64,000 nt of DNA from Octopus vulgaris (Eukaryota). The position numbers were made by a program, and so were the translations under genes. Positions 26,561 to 37,327 of the stretch are shown here, one piece after another; within the stretch, counting starts at the first letter, position 1, and each line of letters starts with the position of its first letter. Below the pieces are notes generated by a model that saw nothing but the letters and a program-made list of their open reading frames with translations, had not been told where the DNA came from and made no database searches. Location: NCBI GenBank assembly GCA_951406725.2, contig OX597817.1:136586001-136650000 (forward strand). The letters are read 5' to 3'.

Positions 26561-27495
26561 TGACGATTTATGTATGTGTATATGCACTCACAGATGCAGA
26601 AATGTGTCAACAAATGTGAAAGTCCAACACAGCACACTACAAAGAAACTAACCATCCTTTACAAAAATGCACCACACCACCACTATTCCAGTTGAAATTA
26701 CTGTTACTCATTCAATATATACACATCATAAGAACAGGAGCAAAACATTATGAGACAAACACAAAGCAACAGAGTAAGTGGTGGAGGGGGAGTGCACATT
26801 GACATCAATAAGACTAATGAAAGAACTTTGACAAATCAATTTATTAATCAATGAACTAATTATTTAATTAACCGATAACATAATTCAAGTGAATTACAGC
26901 CAGTGTTTGTGTTTTATTAGTAGTGTAATAAATAATGTTTGTAATTAACGGATTTAAAAAAAAAAATTTTTTTTTACTCTAAACTGGTTATGATAATTAA
27001 TAATTATAACTCTTTAAAGGGAAGTGTTAGAGTGAAGTTTTCCCATTAGGTCAGTGAAATTAATACCAGTAATATCATCATCATCAAAGTTCATTTTCCA
27101 TGTTGGCATGGGATGGATGGTTTGACAGGAGCTGCTAAGCCGGATGGCTGCATCAGGCTCCAGTCATCTGTTTTGGCATGGCTTCTACAGCTGGATGCTC
27201 TTTATAATGCAAATAGCTTTACAGATTATACTGGGTGCTTTTTATGTTGAATTAAATATAGATTTCTTAAAAATCAGTCTTGTGGCCGGGGGAGGGGGGC
27301 ATTAAAAAAACATGACAAAGGAAATGATTTCACCAATGAGGGCAACATTCATGCATTGGCATCATCATCATTTCCATCATCACTACCATCACCACTACCA
27401 TCATCAATGTGATCAGCACTGACATTATCATCATCATCTCTCTCTATCTGTTTATCTGACTCTCTTTTTTTTTATGCTTTTCTCCCTGCCCTCCC

Positions 27496-27526
<31 letters not shown>

Positions 27527-27714
27527 ATGCTCTCTCTCAATCTCTTTATATGTATATCTCTTGTGTATGCTACTCGCCATCTCTTTCTAGATCATGTGTA
27601 ATGCAAATCAATCAGAGGTGGCAAGTACACCTGTCTTATGTCTTTCTGTCTATTTGTCTCTCTCTCTCTCTCTCTCATATATATAACCATACTCTCCCTC
27701 ACTCTTTCTCTCTA

Positions 27715-27749
<35 letters not shown>

Positions 27750-27784
27750 CACGCTAAGTGTATGTTTTTGTATATATGTGTGCA

Positions 27785-28445
27785 AGGAATTTCATTAGGA
27801 CAACAGAGTCAAAAGACCCTCACAAAGAATCAGGAAGGAGTTCAGGAGACACCCCGAACAGAGAAGGAATAGACTTGATGATATGCAAGCACAATGCTCT
27901 GTCGCACAGTCTCAAGAGATACCTGAATATAGGCTGCATTACATTATTTACATTTGATGGATATTTGTCCTCATCTTGTTTATTGTTTGCACAACCTTTC
28001 AGCTGATATACCCTCCAGCCTTCATCAGGTGTCTTGGGGAAATTCCGAACCTGGGTTCTCATTCCTAAGGCATTTTTCGATGTTATTACTATTATTATTA
28101 TTCAGGTCACTACCTGGAATCAAACTCGAAATGTTAGGGTTAGTAGCCTGCGCTCTTAACCACTAAACCGTATGTATGCCCATGGGCATATCAGCCGAAA
28201 CGTGTTAACAACAAGCAAGACGAGGACAAATATCCGTCAAATGTAAATAATGTACATAATTCCTCATCTCTTAAATATAGAACTGTATAGGCTGCATTGA
28301 TTAGATAAGTGCACAAGATCCTCCATCACTCTGACTCGGGAGATGATGTCCCATTTCAGTTCAAATGAGTTCAATTTCCAGTGAGTCTTAGTTTTGCTAT
28401 GAGCATCAGCATATTGCAAGCACAGACATTTTCAGTTGAACAGCT
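27785..28445 (+). mobile_element. Internally deleted Helitron relic, interrupted by a PLE insertion
   Basis: From 28345 it reads DVPFQFK*VQFPVSLSFAMSISILQAQTF, matching the Pif1/RepHel motif QFPVRLAFAMTINKSQGQT. Upstream is PEQRRNRLDDM..SQEIPEYRLH, which resembles RepHel N-terminal ET.EQR..RL repeats. Confidence 0.65.
27941..28285. mobile_element. PLE-derived inverted two-arm insertion with tRNA-like head and hammerhead motif
   Basis: A 13-bp TSD TATAGGCTGCATT lies at 27928-27940 and 28286-28298. The minus arm is tRNA-like + (AAT)n + CTGATGAAGGCTG..CAGCTGAAA. The plus arm is the 3' part plus an extra tail. Confidence 0.85.
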
Positions 28446-29951
28446 TTTCATTTTAACTGGCTTTGGAAAAAAAGGTTTCATAATATGAACAGTGTCATCT
28501 ATTGAAGAAATACATCCAAGATATTTGTTGAAATATGATAGTCCATTCTTAGTCTTCCAGTTATTCTCTTTGTTTTCTATGTTTTCTTAATGAGCAAAGT
28601 ATCTTTATTTCAATTAATTTAATTGAAGCACTTATTCCTATTTGATTTATAATTGATAATGACATTGTGTGTGAGAAACTTTTCCTATCGCTGGCACAAT
28701 ATTTTACCTGCCATAATCAGACATTACACAGATGCAACAGACGTGTTGTTTCCTGTTCATTATTAGAATTAGGAAACACATTAAAACCTCACAGAACTTA
28801 GGATTAGAAAATGTGTTAAATATCACAGAACTTATGCTAACTGAGGGAAAAAGAAACTGTAAAAAAATATGCAAATGAAAACATTTCTTCAAAGTCAATT
28901 TCCACAGTATTTACTGAAAATATTATTACATATGTCTCTGGAAAATATGTTGTAGAGTTTATTTTAAATAATGTTGTGAAGATAGAATTTCTATTAAATT
29001 TTACCAAGAAGCATTATTTGTTGAATGCATCTTTTTCCCTATGATAGCAGAATAAGTTATAAAGATGTACAAAATATTATTTCTATCTTTTGATCTATCT
29101 GTGTGATATCATTTACTGAGATAAGATATATTTTATCAAAAAGTCTTTTTTCGTTTCTTCACTCTCTTCCTTTTACTCTATATACACATTAATATTTTTT
29201 AAGCATACAAAATTATTACGGTACCTTATTGTAAGAACATAATGCATTGCTTCCAGAGCAGAGTGCAGCTGTTGCAACCATTTTAAAGTGGTTGCTTGTT
29301 GACTGCTCTTATTTATCAATAGCTTTTTATTTATTTATTTATTTATTTATTTGTTGATTTTATATTTTTATACAATGTGCCATACTGAACTGGAGAGTAT
29401 TTATAACTGAAAGGGACCTTCAAGTTATTAAATGGGCTCTAAACTATTACAGGGGACCATAAACTATTCAGTGCCCTATTTTTGTTATAGAAATACTGGA
29501 GTTGGTAATAATGATAATCCTTTTGTGGGGAGTGGGACAATCGATGATATTTGACCGGTACTTAATTTATCGACCCTGAAATTTGAACTCAGAATGTAGC
29601 GATGGGCGAAATACCACTAAGCATTTTGCCCACTGTGCTAACAATTCTGCTTCTGGTTCTTTATTTTATCAATCCTGAAAAGTTGAAAGTGAAGTTGAGT
29701 GGGATTTGAACTCAAAAGGTAAAGAGGTAGAAGGATGGAAGAAATGCCACTACCTATTTTGTCTGATGCCCTGACGTTTCTGCAGCTGGGGGATGGGGGG
29801 ATTTCCATTGGTTTCAGAAAATTTCAAGTCATGAAATGATCCATGTTACTTAAAAGAAGAAAGCATAAGAATATTTGAAAAAAAAAAAACTGAGGAATTT
29901 ATAAAATAATATTGTAAATTTGGCTTTTTCTCAGCCATCCAGTCAGTTTAA

Positions 29952-30158
29952 CCCTTTTGTTACCGTTTTTCTATTGAAGTCCATTACTTTTGAAAAAAAT
30001 AAACTATTTTGTAATATAAATCTGTCACTATCAGGCTGGTGCTTGGAACATGACTTAACGTGAAATTTTGATGGAAGGTTTCCATTTAGATCACTTTAAG
30101 GCAAGAAGTTTCTATCATGGAATCAGAGGCAGTCTCATGCAGGTTGCTATTAAAAGAG
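29952..30158. mobile_element. piggyBac-like MITE
   Basis: It reads TTAA|CCCTTTTGTTACC ... GCTATTAAAAGAG|TTAA, giving imperfect TIRs with TTAA on both sides. Confidence 0.6.
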
Positions 30159-30254
30159 TTAAACCAGAGAGAATCATTTTGTTTGATTTCTCTTAGACAA
30201 TGATTTTGGTGTTAAAGCCACTGACATCATTGTTTCTGTATTTATTAGGTCTGG

Positions 30255-30735
30255 AGGAAATGGCCCCTCAAAATAAGGGTAGAGGAACATGAGGAGATAT
30301 TGATAAATCAGGTATAGCTGATCCATGTATGGAAAAATGGAGACCACCTCCCCTTGTAGGATGAGTTAAAATAATAAACAGAGAACACCACTGGAAAATA
30401 CAAAAATAAAAGAAGCAGTACATATGCTGGGACACAACCACCTCCTAAGCAGACTGAGTGCAGATATGAGTAGCATATGGGGACCGGTATTAAGGAAGGC
30501 TACGAAAATATTAGATTTATAAGCCCTAAATTTCACTCCATAATTGTCCATGGGCATATGGCATAGTGGTTAAGAGCATGGGCTGCTAACCCCAAGATTC
30601 CAAGCAGTGACCTGAACAATAATAATACTATCGAAAAATACCTTTGGAATAAGAACCCAGGTTCAAAATTTCCCAAGGGTATATCAGCTGAAACGTGTTA
30701 ACAACAAACAAGATGAGGATGGATAATGTAGAATT
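30255..30735 (+). mobile_element. Penelope-like element 3' end: GIY-YIG C-terminus, tRNA-like module, partly deleted hammerhead region
   Basis: A frameshifted translation gives PLKIRVEEH..GDIDKSGIADHVWKNGDHLPL*D.VKIINREHHWKIQK.KEAVHMLGHNHLLSRLSADMSSIWGPVLRKATKILDL*, with the stop at 30520-30522. GGGCATATGGCATAGTGGTTAAGAGCATGGGCTGCTAACCCC follows from 30552. Confidence 0.85.
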
Positions 30736-30799
30736 ACATTGCCCAAGTTACTCATACCCAAGCTCTCTCTTTGATTGCATATAACAATCAAAGGGAAGC

Positions 30800-31375
30800 G
30801 AATCTTGTTCTAGGTGAATGAAAGAGGACATTGGACTGGTTGTCCTGTTCTCACAACAAATAAGAGAAAAAGCAATAGAATAAGGGCAATGTGATAAAAC
30901 TTGAGGAGGCTGCTATGTCTATGGTAGCAAAAAGTGTCTTTGTCTAAGGAAAACTGTGGTGTTTGTGTGCAAAGTGCAGTATGGTATGGTGGTAGAACAT
31001 GGCCATTGTAAAAGGCAGGAACAAATGCAGCCAACATGCTGCACTGGGTGTTTGATGTTGGGGTGCATCAACGATTGAACATAGATGAGTTAAAGGGAAA
31101 ACTGGACAGAAGAGGAATTGGATATAGTGTGAAGACTGAGCAGGTATTAGCCAGTGATGTGGAATAGAGATTGAAAGTGAATCAAATGGAGGAAAGTTAT
31201 GGAAGAGAGAGAAATGGAAAGATTTGGTGACGAATGATATGAGGAAGTTCAGCAAGGAGATGATAAGATACCTCAATAACTGGTAAAAGACGGATGAGGA
31301 AACAAGTCTGCCTTTGTCATGCAAGCAAGGAAAAATGGATGTAAAAACGATGCTGATGATGCTGTTGTTGCAGCT
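30800..31375 (+). mobile_element. Decayed RTE LINE 3' end
   Basis: Relic peptides are RIRAM..L..LL, CVQSAVWYGGRTWPL and WKDLVTNDMR. The tail is CATGCAAGCAAGGAAAAATGGATGTAAAAACGATG. Confidence 0.65.
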
Positions 31376-32212
31376 GGCAGTATAAAGAATCTCATGTTGT
31401 GAAGTCAACTACTTTGACCTTAAATGTCTGAAGGGAGGACCTGCTAAGTTTATGGTCACCACCACTCCCCTCTATGAACAAAAGTTATTTGGAAGCCACA
31501 TAGATTGAAACCGTATAAAAGTCTGTATATGTTTGATTTCATTATCTCTGCTTAAGTCAGTGATTTGGCTTGGGATTGTGTTTATCTTCTTTGATAAAAA
31601 CTTACATATATTATCTGTTTGATCTGATTTTCAGGTTACATTTAGCTGCATATGTAGCATTAAAGCTATGACTAAAAACCTAATAAAATATTAATATATT
31701 ATTTGTTTTTGTGTAGTTATGCGATTATAGCAATATATGTGTGATCAGCTAAACTGTTTATATACAGGTTTCTCTCTCTAATGCAATTATTATTTTATGG
31801 CTCCTATCTCGAGTTTCTACTTCTTGTGAATGTTAGTGTGGTAAATAACACTTTTATAAATGTCATATCTAAATCTACTGATTTTCAACATCATTATAGT
31901 TTTAGCATTCATTTCTCTATACAGTTTATAGATTAAACAAGTTTCTAGTGGAGCATCTCATTCTGTGAGGCCCAAAGATTATTATACCATTTTTGCAATA
32001 AATGAAACTTTCTCTTTCAAACATAGAATACTCCTTTCAAAGCTTTTATGATACACACACACACACACATATGCATACAGATGCAAATGTATGTACAGAT
32101 AGGAATACATACCACAGAAAGACAAAATGGAATCAGCAAAACAAGAAGAGACACATGGGATAAAGAGTCACTGAAGAGGTTACAGGATGTGTGACGAAGG
32201 AACTTTGACAAA

Positions 32213-32244
<32 letters not shown>

Positions 32245-32279
32245 AAAGCTGAAATGATGGCCAAATATATAGTTCATGT

Positions 32280-32599
32280 AGTTCTATATTTAAGAGAAGA
32301 GGAATTATGTACGTTTGACAGATATTTGTCCTCATCTTGTTTGTTGTTAACATGTTTTGGTTGATATACCCTCCAGCCTTCATCAGGTATCTTGCGGAAA
32401 TTTTGAACCTAGGTTCTCATTCCTAACGTATTTTTTGATGTTGTTGTTGCTGCTGCTGTTGTTGTTGTTCCTCCTTAGGAATGAGAACCCAGGTTCAAAA
32501 TTTCCCCAAGACACCTGATGAAGGCTGGAAGGTATATCAGCCGAAACGTTGTTAACAACAAACAAGATTAGAACAAATATCCATCAAATGTAAATAATG
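32280..32599. mobile_element. Second PLE-derived inverted two-arm insertion
   Basis: A 14-bp TSD TATATAGTTCATGT lies at 32266-32279 and 32600-32613. Arms at about 32280-32440 (-) and 32473-32599 (+) belong to the same family as 27941 and 30552. Confidence 0.88.
32510..32555 (+). ncRNA. Minimal type I hammerhead ribozyme motif (PLE type)
   Basis: The sequence is GACAC-CUGAUGA-A-GGCUG(loop)CAGCC-GAAA-CGUU-GUU. It has both catalytic core boxes, a 5-bp stem II and a palindromic ACGU stem III. Stem I is slightly decayed. Confidence 0.75.
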
Positions 32600-33128
32600 T
32601 ATATAGTTCATGTGTTTAATTGGCAACATATGACCATCCCCAAGTATGACAATAATTTAATTTGAAAAGGCATCTTTTCATCTCCTTGTTTATTAATGAT
32701 TAATACAAATATACTTCACAGTTTCTTTTTGCTTCACTTGCAAGACTATTACAAGAGCTTACAATTAATTGTAATAGAAAACTGTTGTCTGCTTTAATAA
32801 TAGAAATACTGAAAATATTTCTGCTGCTGTTCTTATATTTTGCATAAAAATTGTCATCCAGAAGGGTTACAAAACAAGTCTTTTAAAAGATTCATTGCCC
32901 TTGAGTGTGCTTAATCATCCATCTTCAGCGAAAACAGAATAACTTCCATCAGTTTATTTTTCTGCCAACTTGAGATGCTACATACACTGTTAACCCTATC
33001 GAAAATATTGGAACCCTGAGATGGCAGAAATGACCTAGAACATTCTTTCCTGATGTTAGTGTTACAGCATGATCCAACTGAGCAACAGGTTGTACTGGGT
33101 TACATGTTACCTGTAACACGAGAGCAAC

Positions 33129-33173
<45 letters not shown>

Positions 33174-33847
33174 AGTGAAGTCCTGTTATTTGTATGATCA
33201 GGAGCGTCAGCTCAGACTGTTTATATTGCTTGGTTTTCCTAGTTGGATCCTGTGTATTGTGGTTTCTTCTCTAAGATCCAGCTGGGGTGATGGTTCATGT
33301 TGGTTGGCCAGATGCCTCAGAGCCATGGTGAATGACGAAGTATCTTAGTGAGAGGGAAACTGAGTGGGACTCTACTTGAAGGGTTTCCCAGGACAACCTG
33401 AACAAATATAGAGAAACGATGGTGTCAGCGACATGCTACAATGGCACAAGCTGCCATACCTAACCTAAAGTCAAAGTTATGTAACAAAAACCATAGATAT
33501 ACAGGGGAAACACTATGAACTAGTGAAGTGAGGCTGGTGATAGTTTCATTGACCACAAATGCTATTTTACTTGTTGGAAGGTAATAATAGTGGGGGAAAT
33601 GATACAAAACATACAATATAGGAAAAAGTTGTACCTAATTCTGAATCAAGATTTAAAAGTACAAAGAAGTTTGTTACCTTTTCTGACTATAAAAGAGCCT
33701 TTCACTGTTAGTTGGCTATGGGACTTGTCTGCATAGGAGCATAATTCTTCTGTACAACAGGTGCTTCTTCCAGCTTTGTCAAACTCTGCCTAACCAGCCT
33801 GAGTGAACTTCCCTGGAGAAAATCATTTAAATATATTGCAATGGATG

Positions 33848-33889
<42 letters not shown>

Positions 33890-34156
33890 TATACATGTTT
33901 ATGTAAAATCTATTTTTGCATATGACAGCAAAAAGTAAAGGCAAGTAGCCATTATATTACTTACACAACACCAATTTATTTGGTGTAAGTACATCAAGAA
34001 ACAATATTCTTTCCAATATCATTGATATAATTAATCAGTAAGTATAGTGTGTAGCTTGAAATATAAGTATGGTCTTCTCCACCGATATAGATTTTAATAT
34101 TTGATTGTAATGTCTTAAGCATGTGTAGAGGTAATATAGATGCAAAAATGTGGTTT

Positions 34157-34187
<31 letters not shown>

Positions 34188-34540
34188 GCGTGCGTGCTTA
34201 TATCTGCCTTTGTGTGTTGGCAATTTACTAGTAGGCTAATTAGCAAAAAGTTATTTCAATTATTTGTGCTGACAGACAATATCTTATATTAATGCCATTG
34301 CAAACATATTTATTGATTTCTATAGATAAATAGAATACATGGTTTGATTTTTATAAGTATTGATTGCAATACAGTACCAGATGATGTCATGCAGCAGAGA
34401 CTCATCATAACCAAGACAGTATTTAAAAAAAAAAGTGCTTCCTTATTTTTTGTGACACTTGCTGCAACTGTGGTCATTATTGGAAACCTCCTATATGCTG
34501 AGGTCCTTGTCCTTAGAAGAGCTGAATCTGTTGTAAGATT

Positions 34541-34800
34541 CATCATCATCATCATCGTTTAAAGTTCGCTTTCCATGCTAGCATGGGTTGGACGACTTTG
34601 ACTGAGGGCTGGCGAACCAGATGGCTGCATCAGGCTCCAATCTTGATCTGGCAGAGTTTCTACAGCTGGATGCCCTTCCTAACGTCAACCACTCCGAGAA
34701 TTTAGTTGGTGCTTTTTACGTGCCACTGGCATGGGGGCCAGTCAGGCGGTACTGGCAACGACCTCGCTCGAATCTTTTTACGCATGCCAGTGAAGCAACG
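34541..34800 (-). mobile_element. RTE 3' UTR copy (family B)
   Basis: It has the (CAT)n tail and the family-B motifs. Confidence 0.9.
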
Positions 34801-35515
34801 TTGGCTTTCCAAAATTGAAAGAAAACCCTAGAATTGAAAGATCTTGGAGTGTATTTTGCAAAGACTAAAGTATTAGGTTGTAGGGAAAATGACAGGGCTC
34901 TGCTTTCATCAGGGAAATGATGTAGAAAAGACGTAGATAGGAACTCGGTATGCATCCATAGGGAAACTATGGCTGTGCAAAAGGTGCACTGAGATCATAG
35001 GTTAATTGTAAAAGCAGACCTCTCACGGGGCTGGTAAACAGATTGTCTGAAATGCCTGGAAGGTTTCCAAAAAGTAGTTGATAGTTACTGTTACTTAAGT
35101 GTCCTAATTAGCAGTTGTGGAAATTGATCTGAAAGTATAGAAGCCAGAGGGAGAATAGGCAGGAGAAAGTTCAGGAGGCTATTTGCCTCTTTTGGCATTA
35201 AAAAAGTTTCACTTTCAGAGTGAACACCAGACTGTATGAGGCTTGTACACAAACTACAATGCTATTTGGTAGTGAACCTTGAATGTAAAATTCAAGAAAA
35301 CTAGGAAGAAATGGAGTGTACTCCACTGGGTATGTAATGTTAATGGAATGATGGAGTACGAATGTACTGAGAGAGAAAAAAAACTAACAACTTTGCATTA
35401 GAGAAATCCAATGTAGTGTGTAAGAGAAAAGGCTGGGTTGGTACAGGATGTGATGAGTATTGATGGAAAGAATTGCTAAGTGCTCAAAGTAGATGGAATG
35501 TGGAAGAGGAGACAC
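34801..35515 (+). mobile_element. Decayed RTE LINE, post-RT region
   Basis: The relic translation is FQN*KENLELKDLGVYFAKTKVL..SGK*..KVVDSYCYLSVLISS..SESIEARGRIGRRKFRRL..RVNTRLYEACTQTTMLFGSEP*. Confidence 0.8.
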
Positions 35516-35921
35516 ATTTCATTGTATTGAAATGCTTTCTGAAATAAATATACACTTCATTTTAAGGACTTAAAGAAAGTAATGTTGCGCAAGCACTTTG
35601 CTCTGAGTGTACTACTACTTATAGCAGAAACAGCTGTGAGCTAATGAAGTTCTTTATGTAATTCCTGTTCCCTTGTCATTCATTAATGACCTGTTTCCCT
35701 ACTAACTAACTACAAGTATGTTGTATGGTAATCATTATGTAGGGGATTCCCTATTCACAGATCTTCAGAAGAAAATAGTAACTAAATCCATTGCTATTCA
35801 CCACCTTGGTTGATTGATTGTGCTAAATGTGTGTGTGTGTGTATTTTGCCATCTGTGCATCATACTAAATGTATGTACACTGTTGAAAGCTATGATCCTA
35901 TGGTTTTATTGTTGTTATTGT

Positions 35922-36378
35922 TAGGGCAGAAAGCTTGGAGGATCATTAGCGTGCCAGGCAAAATGTTTAGTGGCATTTCATTTGCCTTTAAGTTCTGAGT
36001 TCAAATCCTGCTGAGATTGAATTTGCCTTTCATCCTTTTTGGGTTAATAGCATAAGTACCAGTTGATCACTGGGGTCGATTTATCCCTCCCCTGAAAATG
36101 CTGGCCCCATGCTAAAATTTTAAGCCATTATCATTATTATTGTTATAATAATAATAACAATAATATTAATATTATTATTATGAAGGTGGTGAGGTGACAG
36201 AATCGTTAGCACACTGGGCAAAATACTTAATAGCATTTCACCCAACTTTATGGTCTGAGTTCAAATGCTGCCGAGGTCGGTTTTGCCTTTCATCCTTTTG
36301 GGATCAATAAAATAAGTAGCGGTTGAGGACTTGGGTTGATGAAATTGACTTGCTCCTTCCTCTATAATTTCAGAAAGG
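35922..36378 (+). mobile_element. Two tandem family-A SINEs separated by (ATT)n
   Basis: Copies at about 35922-36125 and 36183-36378 both contain TTCTGAGTTCAAAT..GCCTTTCATCCTTTT. Confidence 0.85.
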
Positions 36379-36464
36379 GATTTTTATTTTTGATTTCTCA
36401 GTGAAAATCTCTTCTTAGACATGTGTTAAAAACCCAATGTGTATATGTATGTATATATATATAT

Positions 36465-36677
36465 ATAGGGAGAGTTTACGAAAACAAAAGACAAAGGCAG
36501 GTGGTGTACAAAACAAACAGATGTATTAGTATAACACTCAGGAATAGAAAAAGTCTTTGATGTTTTGAGCCTATGTTCTTCTACAGAAAGGAGCACAGAA
36601 AGAAAGTAGGAGAGAAACAAAGAGAGAAAAAAAAAGGAGAGAAAAATGTGTGTTGTGGCTAATGATCTATCATGGCG
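36465..36677 (-). mobile_element. Family-E repeat (probable PLE tail), ending at (TA)n
   Basis: It is the reverse complement of 45779-45970 and contains the hammerhead-like CTGTAGAAGAACATAGGCTCAAAAC. Confidence 0.65.
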
Positions 36678-36941
36678 ATATTAAGATAACAAAATAGAGA
36701 GATAATTAATAAATTATTATTTATTAAATTGACAAACATCTCTTATAGCTGTTTCCATTCAAGACCTTCAAAAAAATTCATTAATAAAATAAAAAAATTA
36801 GAATTATCTGAAAGTTGTATCTTGTCAGGTAGTTTAAGATATACAAGATAGGGTATTCAATTCCTGCATGTTGAGTAAACGGCTGCAAACTGTTATATAT
36901 ATATACATACATACACACACATATATATATATGTATGTATG

Positions 36942-36989
<48 letters not shown>

Positions 36990-37270
36990 TTTTTCTTGTC
37001 TTTGTTGCCTTACACATTCGCTAGGTTTCTTACAAAGGGGTCTTATACTCTTAGCTTAGACTTTTTTGGAAGCAACCAGATTGAACCATCTCAAGTGTAA
37101 TTGCCCAAAATGGTTGTGACTTCTGGAACTTGACTGAGGAAAGAAAACCATGAATGACCCGTCTTTTTTTTCGCCTGTCCTTCTAATTGTTGTTTCTCTT
37201 GTCCACCTTTGTATCTTCTATCTGTCCGAATGTTTTAATGTCCTCTATTGTGTTTTTGTTCCATTTTTTA

Positions 37271-37327
<57 letters not shown>

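Noticed and set aside
28100-28185. tRNA-like sequence as a genuine tRNA gene
   Set aside because: The acceptor and anticodon stems are mismatched, the long Ser variable arm is missing, and it is embedded in a repeat.
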